Shown: one piece after another, positions 11,827-24,539 of the stretch
Position numbering within the stretch: the first letter of the stretch is position 1
Layout of the letters: every line of letters begins with the position of its first letter
Notes under the pieces: generated by a model
Seen by the model: the letters and a program-made list of their open reading frames with translations, nothing else
The model's database searches: none
What the model was told of the DNA's origin: nothing
Program-made: the position numbers and the translations under genes
Assembly: GCA_024679065.1 (NCBI GenBank)
Contig: JAGIQG010000009.1
Location: forward strand, 81,716,001 to 81,780,000
Direction of reading: 5' to 3'
Length of the DNA: 64,000 nucleotides
DNA from: Sphyrna mokarran
Lineage: Eukaryota

Positions 11827-13619
11827 GTAAGTAAAGCCCAATCCTCCGTTATTAACCCTTTCAATGCTGAAAGGTTTCTCAAACACAAATACTGAATAGT
11901 TGAAGGTGTTAGTGAGGAAGTTGCAGTCAATGAAATGTTGATTGAAGAACATTGTGTAGAACAGGGAGTCCAGCTGTATTTCTTTCCTTCCATTCCCTCT
12001 TTAAGCAGCAAGATTTCAGTAAGCAGCTTTTACCCACCGTGTGGAGGAGATCTGGACGTTTGCAGACTGTCTTCACATTCCTGCAGCATGGAGTGAAATC
12101 ACTCTCTAGACTCCTGTCGGTCTCAGTGTGACACACACAGGCAGAGTTTGATGTGAAGTTGAACTCTCTGTCTCACTCTCTGATATAACTGATCACAGCA
12201 GCAGCACAGTGAGACACCGAGGTGTCACCTGCCCCAGCTTTCACTCTGCTCTCTCCACTCCCTGCTTATCTCTTGCTGAAGTTCTGATGACAAACAGCCA
12301 CAGCAGGGCTCACAATCCAGTGGCTTCAGTGTTCCAGGCTTTTGTTTCTTTCTCTTTGGGATGAGTTCAATCCGACATTTATCCTGGATCCAACATCACT
12401 GAAAATGCTGATTGTTCTCATTGCTGTGCTTGGGATCTTGCTGTGTACATGTTGTGACCAGTTCTCAGACAGGGTCCCTCATTTGTTAACTTCCTGAACA
12501 CGATCCCAATTTTGTTTTCCTCTGGGTGAGAAGTAATCCGCTGGAATCCTGCCCTCGATTGGTCACAACGCGGATCATTTAAAATGGATCCCTTCACGGT
12601 GGAAATCTTACACAGTCCATGTAGTTATTTATTAGCTATTGAATCCCTACAGTGCAGGAGGAGGATATTCAGTCCATCGACAGAATTATGAGAGACAGAG
12701 ATCGGGTAGATATGAGGAAACTTTTCTCGTTAATCACAGAGGCAGCAGATTTTGAGAGACGTGAGGGAAATCTTTTCACCCGATTCACCAAAAGAGCTTC
12801 TTACCCAGGCTCCCTTTAACCCTGCACATTCACCATTGCTAACCCACCTAAAGAACACACTAGGGGCAATTTAGTATGGCTGAAGCTGGTCACTTCTTGG
12901 CTCAATCAGAGTGTCATAGACATTTAGAGCCCAGAAATAGGCCCTTCGGCCCATCCTGTCTCTGCCAGCCATCAAGCTCCTAACTATTCTAATCCCATTT
13001 TCCAACACTTGATCCTTGGCCTTGTATACTTTGCAATTTCAAATGCTCATCTAAATACTTCTTAAATGTTGTGAGGGTTCCTGCCTCTAGCACCCTTTCA
13101 CGTAGTGAGTTCCAGATTCCCAACATCCTCTGAGTGAAAAGGTTTTTCCTCCAATCCCTCAAAATCTTCTGCTTCTGAAATTAAATCTATGCTCCCTGGT
13201 TTTTGAATCTACTGCTAAAAGGGGAAAAGTTCTTTCGTATCTGCTCTATGTCTTCATAATTCTGACCTGCCGCAGTTATACAGGGCTTTGATGAGGCAGC
13301 ACTGGGAATATTGTGCACAATCTATCCTGAGATAGATCTCCCTATCTCAGGAAGGATATTTTTGCTATCGAGGGAGTGTAGAGAAGGTATCCCAGACAGA
13401 TTCCTGTTATAATGGGACTGATGTATGAGAAGAGATTGAGTGGTTAAGAATTATATTCATTAAAGTTCAGAGGAATGAAGAAACAACTCATGGAGACTTA
13501 TAAAATTCTAACAGGTTAGGGGGAATAGTGAGATAAATACGTGGGGTTTATGGGCTAAGAGTTGATGCAGACTCGATGGGCCAATACAGGAAGCATGTTC
13601 CCAATGCTGGGAACATCCA

Positions 13620-15099
13620 CAATACTCCTCACTATCTGATTACTCGTGGTGTGCCGCAGGGCTCGGTACTAGGACCTCTTCTATTTGTAATATATATAAA
13701 TGACTTGGAAGAGGGAGTAAGTGGAGTGATCAGCAAGTTTGCAGACGATACAAAGATGGCTGGACTTGCAGATAGTAAGGAGCATTGTCAGGCGATACAG
13801 CAGGACATAGATAGGCTGGTAGCTTGGGCAGACAGATGGCATTTGGAATTTAATCCTGATCAATGTGAGGTGATACATTTGGGAGAAAGAATGTAGGGGG
13901 GAGGTATATGATAAAGGGTAGACCTATTAAGAGTATAGAAACACAGAGGGACCTGGGGGTGCAGGTGAACAAATCTCTGAAGGTGGCAGAGCAAGTGGAG
14001 AAGGTTGTGAAGAAAGCATATAGTATGCTAGCCTTTATAGGAAGTGGTACAGAGTACAAGAGCTGGCCTTTAATGTTGCAATTGTATAAAACATTGGTTC
14101 GACCTCATTTGGAATACTGCGTCCAGTTCTGGTTGCCTTACTACCGGAAGGACGTGGAGACTCTGGAGAGAGTGCAGAGGAAGTTTGCCAGGATGCTGCC
14201 TGGTATGGAAGGTCTGAGTTAGGAGAAGAGGTTAGGCAAATTGGGACTGTTTTCCTTAGAAAGACGTAGACTTATAGGAGATCTAATAGAGGTGTACAAG
14301 ATTATAAGGGGTATAGATCGAGGATACAGGGTTAAGCTTTATCCTAGGATGGACTCAAATAGCATGAGGGATCATGGCTTAGGGTGAGGGGGGTAGGTAT
14401 AATTTGCATGTTAGAGGGAGTTTTTTCACACAGAGGGTGGTGGGGGTGTGGAATGCGCTGCCAAGTAAAGTGGTGGAGGCAGGTAGTCTGGAGTTATTTA
14501 AGAAATACTTAGATGACCACATGAACAGAATGGGAATGGAGAGGTATAGGAAACTGATTTAAAATAGGGATCATGAGGCTTGGGAGTCCCCAGGAAGTGT
14601 TTACATAGATGATGATATTGATGTACTTGTTTTTATCCTGCTTTGGTCCGCCTTGTTGTCTAACGAGGGGCATACATGTGATTGGTCGTGACAGGGCTGC
14701 TCTTGGATTTTTTTTTCGACAGTATCCTAGTGCTTTACATCGTTAGTGTATGCTTGACCTAGACCATTTGATAGGCAACACGACAGCTCAGTGACTAACA
14801 CTGTGCTGTGCAGATACATGGATTTGGGCCTGTGTCTGTGGGAGTTTGCACATTCTCCCCGTGCTTTCGTGGGTTTTCTCCAGGTGCTCCGGTTTCCTCC
14901 CACATCTCAAAGATGTGCTCTTAGCTAATTGCAAAACAAATTCTCCCTAAATTGTCTCAAATTTGGTTTTTAATCCATCGATCTATAAACATTGACAGGG
15001 ATCTCGGGTAGAGGTGGGAGCATCGGGGTGGCAGCACGGGCTCGTTGCGCCGAAGGGCCTGTTTCCCGTGCTGCTTTGTTCTTTGTTTTTTGTTCTTTG
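13620..15099 (+). mobile_element. 5'-truncated CR1 LINE with V-SINE-bearing UTR in the J-C intron; unit-A specific
   Basis: RT motifs ([14 protein letters not shown]); TCCA duplicated at junctions; empty site at 49017-49020. Confidence 0.9.
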
Positions 15100-16514
15100 T
15101 CCAGTTTGAGGCATCATAATCTGAGAATATGGGGTAAACCTTTTAGGACTGAGGTGAAGAGAAATTCCTTCACCCAGCGAGGGATAAACCTGTGGAATTC
15201 ATTATCACAGAAAGCAGGTGAGGGGAAAATATTGTACGTTTTCAAGAAGGAGTTAGATTTAGCTTTTGGGGTGAATAGGATGAAAGAATTTGTTGAGGAA
15301 GACAGGATCTGACTACTGATTGGATGATCAGCCATGATCATGATGAATAGTGGAACAGGCTCAAAGGGCCAAATGGCCTATTCCTGTTCCTATTTCCTGT
15401 GATTCTCTGCAGACCAGTATTTATCACCCATCCCTAATTGCCCTGGTGAAGATGGTGCTGAGGTGATGGAATAAGTTCTACTCCAATGAGTATCAGCCCA
15501 ACTTGCTCAAGCTTTCCTCATAAGACAATCCCTTACTCGGTGGAATCAGCCCAGTGAATCATCTCTGAACTCTTTCCAATTCTACTATATCTTTCTTTCC
15601 GTAAGGAGACCCTAAGTGTCCACAATATTCTAAGTGTGATTTTCCCAATGTGCTGGAGCAAAACATCCTCCTTTTATACTCATCCTCATTGGAATGAAGA
15701 GCAACATTCCATTTGCCTTCTGAATTTTTTTCTGTTCCCTGGATGCAAAGACATCCAGATCACTCGATAGAATTTCTCCAGTTAACTAGTGATCCTGGTG
15801 AACACAAACTGAGTGTCAGTGAGCAGATTATTGCTGACTAAGTGCTGCTTGGTATTGCTCTGGATATGTTCAGATCACATTGCTGATGATCAAGAGTAGA
15901 CTGATGAGGTGGTTATTGTGTAGATTGGATTTGTCCTGTTTTTTGTGCACAGTTCATAACCGGGTAATTTATCACAATGTTGTGTTGATGCCAGTGTTGT
16001 AGATGTACTGGAACAGCTTGGTTAGGGATGCGGGAAGTTCTGGAGCACAGTCTTTAGGACCACCGGGGAAGGTCAAGATGGATCATCCACTCGGAACTTC
16101 TGGCTAAAGATTCCTGCAAATGCTTCAGCCTTATCTTTTGTACTGATGTGCTGGGATCCTCCATCATTGAGGATGGGAATATTTGTAGTGCCTCCTCCTC
16201 CAGTGAGTTGTTTAATCGTCCACCATCATTCACGGCTGGATGTGACAGGACTGCAGAGCTTAGATCTGATCCATTGGTTGTGGGATGTCCTCCTGCACTC
16301 TTCATTGAACTGAAAGCAGCAGAGAATCCACAGAAACAGACTGATGTTTGTCTGACGTGTCTGTGTGTTTATTAGTTGTGACTGAGCAGATAGCAAGAGT
16401 TTCAGCAGCAACAAAGATGTTTCTCTAGTTCACCTCCCACTTTCCCCATCCACTTCCAAAATCTTCATGGGGATAGGGCCAGTACCTGTCATATTCCTCC
16501 CCTCTAAACTACAG

Positions 16515-16775
16515 GCCTCCCATCTTTCAGATGAGACAATCTGATATCTGTCCTCTCAGAGGGTGTAAAAGATCCCATGGTACTATTGGAAGAAGAGCAG
16601 GGAAGTTCACCCCGGTGAACTGGTCAATATTCATCCCTCAATCAACATCACTACAAATCTGCTGATCTGTTCTTTCTCACTCTGCTCCTTGGGATCTTGC
16701 TATGCACCATGAGCTGCAAAACACATTGAGACATTCTGAGGTGGTGACAGGTGCTATAGAAATGTAATACTGTCT
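16515..16775 (+). mobile_element. Deu-domain-like SINE relic (SacSINE1/AmnSINE type)
   Basis: GTAAAAGATCCCATGGTACTATT-GAAGAAGAGCAGGG..ATCCCTCAATCAACATCACT recognised from memory of the Deu core; paralog 54915-55170. Confidence 0.6.
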
Positions 16776-17714
16776 TTGAGATTGAAGATTCCTGATCCTG
16801 ACTCTCTCTCATTATCGACATACTCACATCCTCCAGAGTTCATGGGGTCATTCGGAGCAGTGACCCTGTCTGACCCCTGGACACTGAGACTAATTCTAGC
16901 GTCACCCTTGACCTCAGTCCTGTGCTGAGCAGTAAGGTTTGAAATGAAATCTAGAAGCTTCTACACCACCTAATCGAAATCCTTTGTGAAGTGTGTTGAT
17001 CCAAGTCTGCTCCAATGTTCTGGGATAAAGTTCTCCTTATCTGTGTGTGATCTGAGGTTTGTTGATGGTCAACCCGTTTCCCCCAGACAGACTGAGCAAT
17101 AGTTCCAGCTTCCTGATTGGTTAACAGTCTCTTAAAGGGACACTGTGTCTTTAAATACTCTCAAAATTAACCATTTCAGTGCTGAATTTGTAGTAATCTG
17201 CTTTACAAATGTTTTAGTAACATTGCAAAATGGTTTTACCAGTTTCAAATTAAACCTTTACTCTCAGATACTGAACTAATTTGATATTGAATGTGCCACT
17301 TTCCCTTGGATTGCAACAGCTTTTAATTTTAAATGCCCGTTATCTGTCCTCCAATCCACCCACACCAACATCTACAGCCAGAGGGGATTGAAAATAATGG
17401 CCAGTCTCTGCTACTTCTTTCCTTGCTTCACTTCGCATCCTCGGATACATTTCACCCAGCACTGGGAATTTCTCCACTTCAAAAGATGATAATCACATTA
17501 ATATCTCCTCCCACACTATCATTATCCAATTAATTTTTCACAATCCATCTCCGTCTGAACTACAATGTCAACTTTGACCCTCTCATTTGTGATATCCAAA
17601 GTAAATTATTCATTAAGAACATCTCCTTGTCTTCTCCCTCCACACACAAGTTACCTTTTTGCTCTCTAATCAGCCCTATTTAATCCTTAGTTATTCTCTT
17701 TGCAATGTCCCACA

Positions 17715-18115
17715 CTATTGCTTGATGAACATATATGTCCTGAACTCTATCTCCAGCTCGAATATCCTCCCACTGCTCTGACACTGATTTACCTTCAAGT
17801 CACTGTTTCCTTTCCATTTTGACAAATTCCAGTTTAGTGAAATTGGCCTTTTCCCATTTAAAACGTTTACTCTTGATCGATCTTTCCCCTTTTCCGTAGC
17901 TACTCTAAATCTATTATCATCATTATTACCCAAATGCTCTCTCACTGATACACCTTCCACATGCTGAGTTTCATTCTCTAAAACTGCTAAAATTGACCCT
18001 TCTCTTGTTGGGATTGCTCCGTACTGGTTAAAAACGTTCCCCTGGAATGGATTTTCAGAATTCTGCAACATCAAATCATTGACACTGATTTGATCCCAGT
18101 TAATATTCGGGATGT
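17715..18115 (-). mobile_element. Old CR1 endonuclease-region relic next to the C acceptor
   Basis: Degenerate FNIPNINW, PTREGSIL and V.EHLG motifs; paralog 56074-56480. Confidence 0.65.
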
Positions 18116-18164
18116 TGAAAGGCTGAAAATGGCAGTGATTAAAATTCCTTCTCTTCTCTTTCAG

Positions 18165-18493
18165 CCCGTGAGAATTCACAACCCACGCTGACCCTGCTGC
18201 CCCCCTCCCCGGAGGAGGTCAAGACCAAGGGCACTGCCACCCTGGTGTGCCTTGCCGATCACTTCTATCCGGATGAGGTGGAGGTGAAGTGGAAGAAGGA
18301 CGGTGCAGCCATTTCCAACGGGATTCAGACCAGCAACTACCTGCGAGCTTCGGACAACACCTACAGCGTCAGCAGCCTGCTGACCCTCTCTGGCTCCGAC
18401 TGGGAGTCCAATGCTCGCTTCTCCTGTGCCCTCACCCACGTGAGCCTCTCCTCTCCCCTCAGCAAGAGTGTCAGGAGTTCAGAATGTGCCTAG
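18165..18493 (+). CDS. IGKC: Ig kappa-type constant exon, cluster 1
   Basis: Polypyrimidine-CAG acceptor; (T)RENSQPTLTLLPPS..ATLVCLADHFYP..W..SSLLTLS..FSCALTH..SECA-TAG with terminal interchain Cys. Confidence 0.97.
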
Positions 18494-18870
18494 AGTGTTA
18501 GAGACAGTCCACAGAGGAGACACAACTTGGAATAGAACAGGGGTGAGCTGGGAGGGTAAAGGTCACTGTCAGCATTGAACTACAATTCTCTTCCTTCCTG
18601 GGTCTGGGTCTGAGACACTTCTGAGGGTCAGGGGTTAAAGAACATTGTTGGGATATTGTAGAGGGAGCTTTACTCTATTAACCCCGTGCTGTTCATTTAT
18701 TGGGAGTGCTAAAGACTGTCAGCTGTACAAAAATAATGTGACCCTCTGAAGTTTCTGCTTCAGTAAACCAGACCTCCTTCCTGCTCATCCTGCAGTTACA
18801 ATTGAAGATTTAGTCACTGTTTAAAGGGACAGGGTTCTCATGTTATTGAGAAAATCTCCACAAGTGTTTT

Positions 18871-18971
18871 AATAAACCTCCATTCTCCCTGTGAATTTCT
18901 CCAGCTTCCTCTGGCTGGATTGTTTATTCAAGTCTTTTTTCTGTCAATGTCAATGTGCAAAAGGTAATAAA
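18871..18971 (+). terminator. Polyadenylation signals
   Basis: AATAAA at 18871-18876 and 18966-18971, both conserved in cluster 2. Confidence 0.65.
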
Positions 18972-19093
18972 CATTAAGAATATTCAGTATATGTCTGGTG
19001 AGTGCTTTGGAAATGTCCCACCTCCCCATCAGCTGATTGGCTGCATTTCAACAAGTGATTGTCCTGATTGGTTGCTTGGACTGTCAATCAATG

Positions 19094-19349
19094 ACACAGT
19101 AAGCAGTCTGACACCAGGTTAAAGTCCAACAGGTTTATTTAGTAGCACAAACCACTCGCTTTCGGAGCGCTGACCCTTCATCAGGTGAGAGGGAATTCTG
19201 TTCACAAACATATAAAGATATAAGCAAAATTTACAATTTTGTGTTTAAATGCCCTCTTTGTGAACAGAATTCGACTGGTTTATGCTACTAAATAAACCTG
19301 TTGGACTTTAACCGGGTGGTGTGAGACTTCTAACTGTGTTTACCCCAGT
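19094..19349. mobile_element. Penelope-type inverted-repeat relic; hammerhead-like core on the minus strand only (19153-19189)
   Basis: Arms pair (GTTAAAGTCCAACAGGTTTATTTAGTAGCA / TGCTACTAAATAAACCTGTTGGACTTTAAC); minus strand reads CTGATGA-14nt-GAAA; right-arm core deleted. Confidence 0.65.
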
Positions 19350-19454
19350 AAGATGGGATTAAACCATGACAATCATAGTTCTCCATCCCACATTCACCGC
19401 CTCCCCCTTGACCTTCCCCTCTCACATGGTTTCACTACTCCCATAGTTTCAAAT

Positions 19455-19910
19455 ACAAAGGACAAAAAAAAATACTGCACAGGAAACAGGCCCTTTGGCC
19501 CTCCAGGCCTGTGCTCTCATTGGTCCAACTAGACTGTTTGTTTGTATCCTTCCATTCCCAGTCTGCTCATGTGACGATCCAGGTAAGTCTTAAACAATCC
19601 CAGCGTGTCCACCTCCACCACCCTACTTGTTCGTGCATTCCAGGCCCCCACCACCCCCTCTGTAAAAAACGACCCTCTGATATCTGAGTTATACCTCGTT
19701 TCTCTCACCTTCAGCCTATGTCCCATCACGATCGTCACCTCCAACTTTGGAAAAAGCTTTCCACTGTTCATCTTATCTATATCCTTCATAATTTTGTACA
19801 CCTCGATTAGATCTCCCCTCATTCTCCATCTTTCCAGGGAGATCAACTCCAGTTTACCCAATCTCTCGTCATAGCCTAGACCCTCCATACCAGGCAACAT
19901 CCTGGTGAAC
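19455..19910 (-). mobile_element. CR1 3' fragment (pre-duplication)
   Basis: ORF 19529-19951 FTRMLPGMEG..RGDLIEVYKI; paralog 57998-58455. Confidence 0.85.
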
Positions 19911-20099
19911 CTCAAGGTGTAAAGCTTGGTGATGGACATTGAACTCCCCACCCTGAGAGGACATTCTGAGTCCTTCCCACCATCAGTGCTTCCTCCAAGT
20001 GGTGTTCAACTTGGAGGAGAACTGCTTCATCAGCTCAGGGGGGGACGGTATGTAGTAATCAGAGGAGGTTTCCTTGAAAGTTTAGTGTTGTTCAGATAA

Positions 20100-20190
20100 T
20101 TCTTCCTGTCTCAGTAACAAATATCCGGCTGCTTCTTTCACTTCCTCTGTTGGTTCCATGTCAATCTTCCAATCTGATAGTCTTTGGGAA
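20100..20190 (-). promoter_or_regulatory. Candidate 3' enhancer module (inverted EICE module)
   Basis: CTTTCACTTCCTCT at 20135-20148 inside an inverted copy of 1691-1790. Confidence 0.45.
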
Positions 20191-20474
20191 AATATTTCAA
20201 AATATATATATAAGAAGCGGATGGGCTCGCTGCACTGACAATTCCAGGCTCGGATCTGTATTCCGCCCGGATCCGGCCCTTAAGCTCCGATTGGTAAAAT
20301 CAGGCCCAGAGTGAACTCTTTGCAACAACAGCTTAAACTTTCAGATTGCTGAATCCATTCCCCCCTCGAGCAGAATGTACCTTGTGTTTTTATTTCCAAA
20401 GAACCACAAATGGAACAACGTTGCCAGCAACATTAAGATTTTTATTCCCACACCATGGTCATGGTTTTGAACCA

Positions 20475-20795
20475 AGTGGCTCAGTGGTTAACACTGCTGT
20501 CTAACAGCTTCAAGGATCTGAGCTTGATTCCCAATTTGGATCATTATGGAATTTGCACATTCTCCCCGTGTCTGCATGGATTTTCTTTGGGTATTCCGGT
20601 TTCCTCCCACAATCAAAGATGTGTGAGTTAGGTTGATTAGCCATGCTAAATTGCCCCTTAGTGTCCCAGGCTGTGGAGGTTAGAGAGATTAGTGAGGTAA
20701 ATTTGTGGGGTCGCAGAAATACGACGTGGGATGGGATTGTTGATGGTGTCGATTCAATGGGCCAAATGGACTCCTTCTGCACGTTAGGGATTCTG
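20475..20795 (+). mobile_element. tRNA-derived V-SINE (HE1-like)
   Basis: A-box TGGCTCAGTGG, V-domain TTTGCACATTCTCCCCGTG..CCGGTTTCCTCCCAC, LINE-like tail. Confidence 0.8.
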
Positions 20796-20923
20796 TGGAA
20801 AATGATTTAACCCCTTCAGGACCACTGTTATTTTCTACTTGGGGACAGGAGATCTGATATGGACACACAGATCAATAAGAATCTGGCCTTTCAGCAAGTG
20901 ACCTTTGAGATACAAAGATGTTA

Positions 20924-23744
20924 AGGTGGAGGAACTTGCAGCTTGGATCAGTACCTGGAACTTCGATGTTGTGGCCATTTCAGAGACATGGATAGAGCAG
21001 GGACAGGAATGGATGTTGCAGGTTCCAGGGTTCAAATGCTTCAGTCAGAGTAGAGAAGGAGGTAGAAGAGGGGGAGGAGTGGCATTATTAGTCAAAGACT
21101 GTATCACAGTGACAGAAAGGAAGTTTGATGAGGACTTGTCTGTTGAGGTAGTATGGGATGAGATTAGAAACAGGAGAGGAGAGGTCACCCTGTTGGGAGT
21201 CTTTTATAGACCTCCTAAAAGTTCTAGAGAGGTAGAGGAAAGGATTGCAAAGTCGATCCGGGACAGGAGTGAAAGTAATAGGGTAATTGTTATGGGGGAC
21301 TTTAACTTTACTAATTTTGATTGGAATAGCTATAGCTCTAGCTCGTTAGAGGGGTCAGTTTTCGTACAAAGTGTGCAGGAAGGTTTTTTGACTCAGTATG
21401 TAGATAGGCCAACTAGAGGTGAGGCTACATTGGATTTGGTGCTGGACAATGAGCCAGACCAGGTGTTAGGCTTGGAAGTTAGTGAACATTTTGGTGATAG
21501 TGACCACAATTCGGTTACGTTCACCTTAGTGATGGATAGGGAAAGGCATGAACCTGGAGGCAGTAGTTATAGCTGAGGGAATGGTAATTATGAGGCTATT
21601 AGGAGAGAATTAGGGTGCATAGGTTGAACTAGGAAACTACAGGGACTGGGAACATCTGAAATGTGGAGCTTATTCAAGGAGCAGCTACTGTGAGTCCTTG
21701 ATAAGTATGTCCCTGTCAGACAAGGAGGAAATGGTCGAGTAAGGGAACCATGGTGTACTAAAAAAGTTAATTCGCTGGTTAAAAGGAAAAAGGAGGCTTT
21801 TGTCAGGATGAGGCTTGAAGGCTCAGTTAGTGCACTGGATAGCTATAGATTAGCCAGGAGGGAGCTAAAGAGTGAGTTGAGAAGAGCTAAAAAGGACACG
21901 AGAAGACTTTGGCTGATAGGATCAAGGAGAATCCTAAAGCTTTCTTTAGATATGTTAAGAATAGAAGATTGGTTAGGGCAAGATTAGGGCCAGTTAGAGA
22001 CAGCAGTGGGAAGTTGTGCGTGGAGCCTGAAGAGATTGGAGAGGCACTGAATAAATATTTCTCTTCGGTATTCATGCAGGGAGATGTAAATGTAGTTATG
22101 GAGAACACTGGGATACAGGGTTGTAAACTGGAAAGTATTGAAGTAGATAAGGAGGATGTGCTAGATATTCTTGAGGGTTTGAAGTTAGATAAGTCCCCTG
22201 GGCCGGACGGGATTTACCCTAGGCTTCTCTGGGAGGCGAGAGAGGAGATTGCAGAGCCTCTGGCTCTGATCTTCAGGTGGTTGTTGGTTACAGGTATAGT
22301 GCCGGAAGACTGGAGGAAAGCGAATGTGGTCCCATTGTTCAAGAAGGGGAATAGAGACTTTCCAGGGAATTATAGGCCGGTGAGTCTTACTTCTGTTGTG
22401 GGCAAAGTATTGAAAAGAATTATTAAGGATAGGATTTATAGTTATTTAGAGAGAAATGAATTGATTGGGGATAGTCAGTATGGTTTTGTAAAGGGTAGGT
22501 CGTGCCTTACTAACCTTATTGAGTTTTTTGAAAAAGTGACCAAAGAGGTGGATGGGGGTAAGGCAGTTGATGTGGTATATATGGACTTTAGTAAGGCATT
22601 CAATAAGGTGGCACATGGACGGCTTCTGCAGAAAATGCAGATGTATGGGATTGAGGGTGATTTAGCTAATTGGATTAGGAATTGGCTAGCTGATAGAAGA
22701 CAAAGGGTGGTGGTTGATGAAAATTATTCATCATGGAGTTCGGTTACAAGTGGTGTACCTCAGGGATCTGTTTTGGGGCCCCTGCTGTTTGTAATTTTTA
22801 TAAATGATCTGGATGAGGGTATTGAAGGATGGATTAGTAAATTTGCGGATGACACCAAAGTCGGAGGAGTGGTAGATACTGAAGAGGGGTGTTATAGTTT
22901 GCAGAGAGACTTGGACAAGTTGCAGAGCTGGACCGAGAGGTGGCAAATGGAGTTTAATGTGGAAAAGTGTGAGGTAATTCACTTTGGCAGGAATAACAAA
23001 TGTGTAGAGTATAGGGCTAATGGTAGGACTCTTAATAGTGTTGATGAACAGAGGGATCTTGGTGTATGTGTGCATAGATCCCTGAAAGTTTGCAATCAAG
23101 TCGATAAGGTTGTTAAGAAGGCATATGGAGTCTTAGCTTTTATTGGTAGGGGGATTGAATTTCGGAGCCGCAACGTCATGTTGCAACTGTACAAAACTCT
23201 AGTGCGGCCGCACTTGGAGTATTGTGTACAGTTCTGGTCGCCACATGATAAGAAAGATGTAAAGACATTGGAGAGGGTGCAGAGGAGGTTTACCAGAATG
23301 TTGCCTGGTATGGAGGGCAGGTCTTATGAAGAGAGGCTGAGGGATTTGAGGTTGTTTTCGTTAGAAAGGAGGCGGCTAAGAGGGGACCTAATCGAAACAT
23401 ATAAGATGATTCGAGGTTTAGATAGGGTGGACAGTGATAGCCTTTTTCCTAGGATGGAGAAAGCTAGCACGAGGGGACATAGCTTTAAATTAAGGGGTGG
23501 TAGTTATAGGACGGATATCAGAGGTAGGTTCTTTACCCAAAGGGTGGTAAGGGTATGGAATGCCCTGCCTGCTGCAGTTGTAGAGGCGCCAAGTTTGGGG
23601 GCATTTAAGTGGTCAGTGGATAGGTTTATGGATGAAAAGGGAATGGTTTAGGTTAGAGGGTCATTGCTTTTTTTAAATTGGTCGGCGCAACATCGAAGGT
23701 CAAAGGGCCTGTTCTGCACTGTAATGTTCTATGTTCTATGTTCT
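20924..23744 (+). mobile_element. CR1 LINE, most of ORF2 (APE + RT), (TTCTATG)n tail; unit-A specific
   Basis: ORFs 20905-21576 and 21909-23651 separated by stops; flank matches 62681-62704; followed by an antisense CR1 piece at 23745-23900. Confidence 0.93.
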
Positions 23745-24124
23745 ACCCTTGATATTATACTGCTTCATCCCATTGGTCCTGCCAAAATGGACCACCACAC
23801 ATTTATCAGCGTTGAAGTCCATCTGCCACTTCTCCGCCCAGTCTTGCATCCTATCGATGTCTCGCTGCAACTTCAGACATCCCTCCAGACTATCCACAAC
23901 ATTTTAAAAGGAAACAAAACACACAAACTCTATGATACACAACAATGCATCTAACCATATGCATGAACTGAGGGCTAGACACACACACTATTACATGAAG
24001 CTCCCCCTTTCTTCTCAATCACCTCTGTTTCCTGAACATTGAGATGCCCCTTTATTCCAAAACAACATCCAATATCATGTAACTCTGAGCTGAATCCAGT
24101 GAATAATTATCCCACACAGGTTAT

Positions 24125-24320
24125 ATGGCAGCATTCGGGATCCCTGACTCCTTTACGGTGACAAACTCTCATCGTGTCGGTCGGACCCTCACTGGATATG
24201 TATTTAGTCCAAGGTGGGACAGAATGTTAAACATCGACGCGAGCCCAGACCGAATGTCTCGGGTTGCAGGGCAGAGAACCCTGATCACAACCAGAAAGTT
24301 TCTGGAACAAAGCAATCGAA
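24125..24320 (+). mobile_element. Probable decayed Ty3/Gypsy integrase-core relic
   Basis: FGIPD.. and (E)RTLITTRKFL resemble the rve core; paralog 63317-63510. Confidence 0.35.
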
Positions 24321-24539
24321 CAATCCCAAGGGGAAGGGGACAGGTGAACCTGGTCACAGGAAAGACCAGGAAAGTGGAGGATTCGGTGAGAAATCAAGGG
24401 TGGATGGTGAGAATGCAGAATAAATGGAGGGAAGTAGGGAGGGTGACAGCAGCTGGTGAAACTGTTTGAGTTGAATAGTTAGTGTGTGTATTTGATGTTC
24501 TGAGAGACTGTTGCTATCCAAAGTGGTAGAGATGCTGAT

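Noticed and set aside
11831-11836. Second J splice donor GTAAAG
   Set aside because: Weaker than GTAAGT at 11827 and out of frame with C
17715-18179. 154-aa antisense ORF overlapping C in both clusters
   Set aside because: Decayed CR1 endonuclease region inside a homogenised tract
20475-20545. tRNA gene
   Set aside because: tRNA-derived SINE head followed by V-domain; no cloverleaf supported
24125-24469. Novel conserved gene (ORF open in both units, also 63317-63670)
   Set aside because: Conservation is explained by the duplication; motifs look like a decayed Gypsy integrase and there is no exon support
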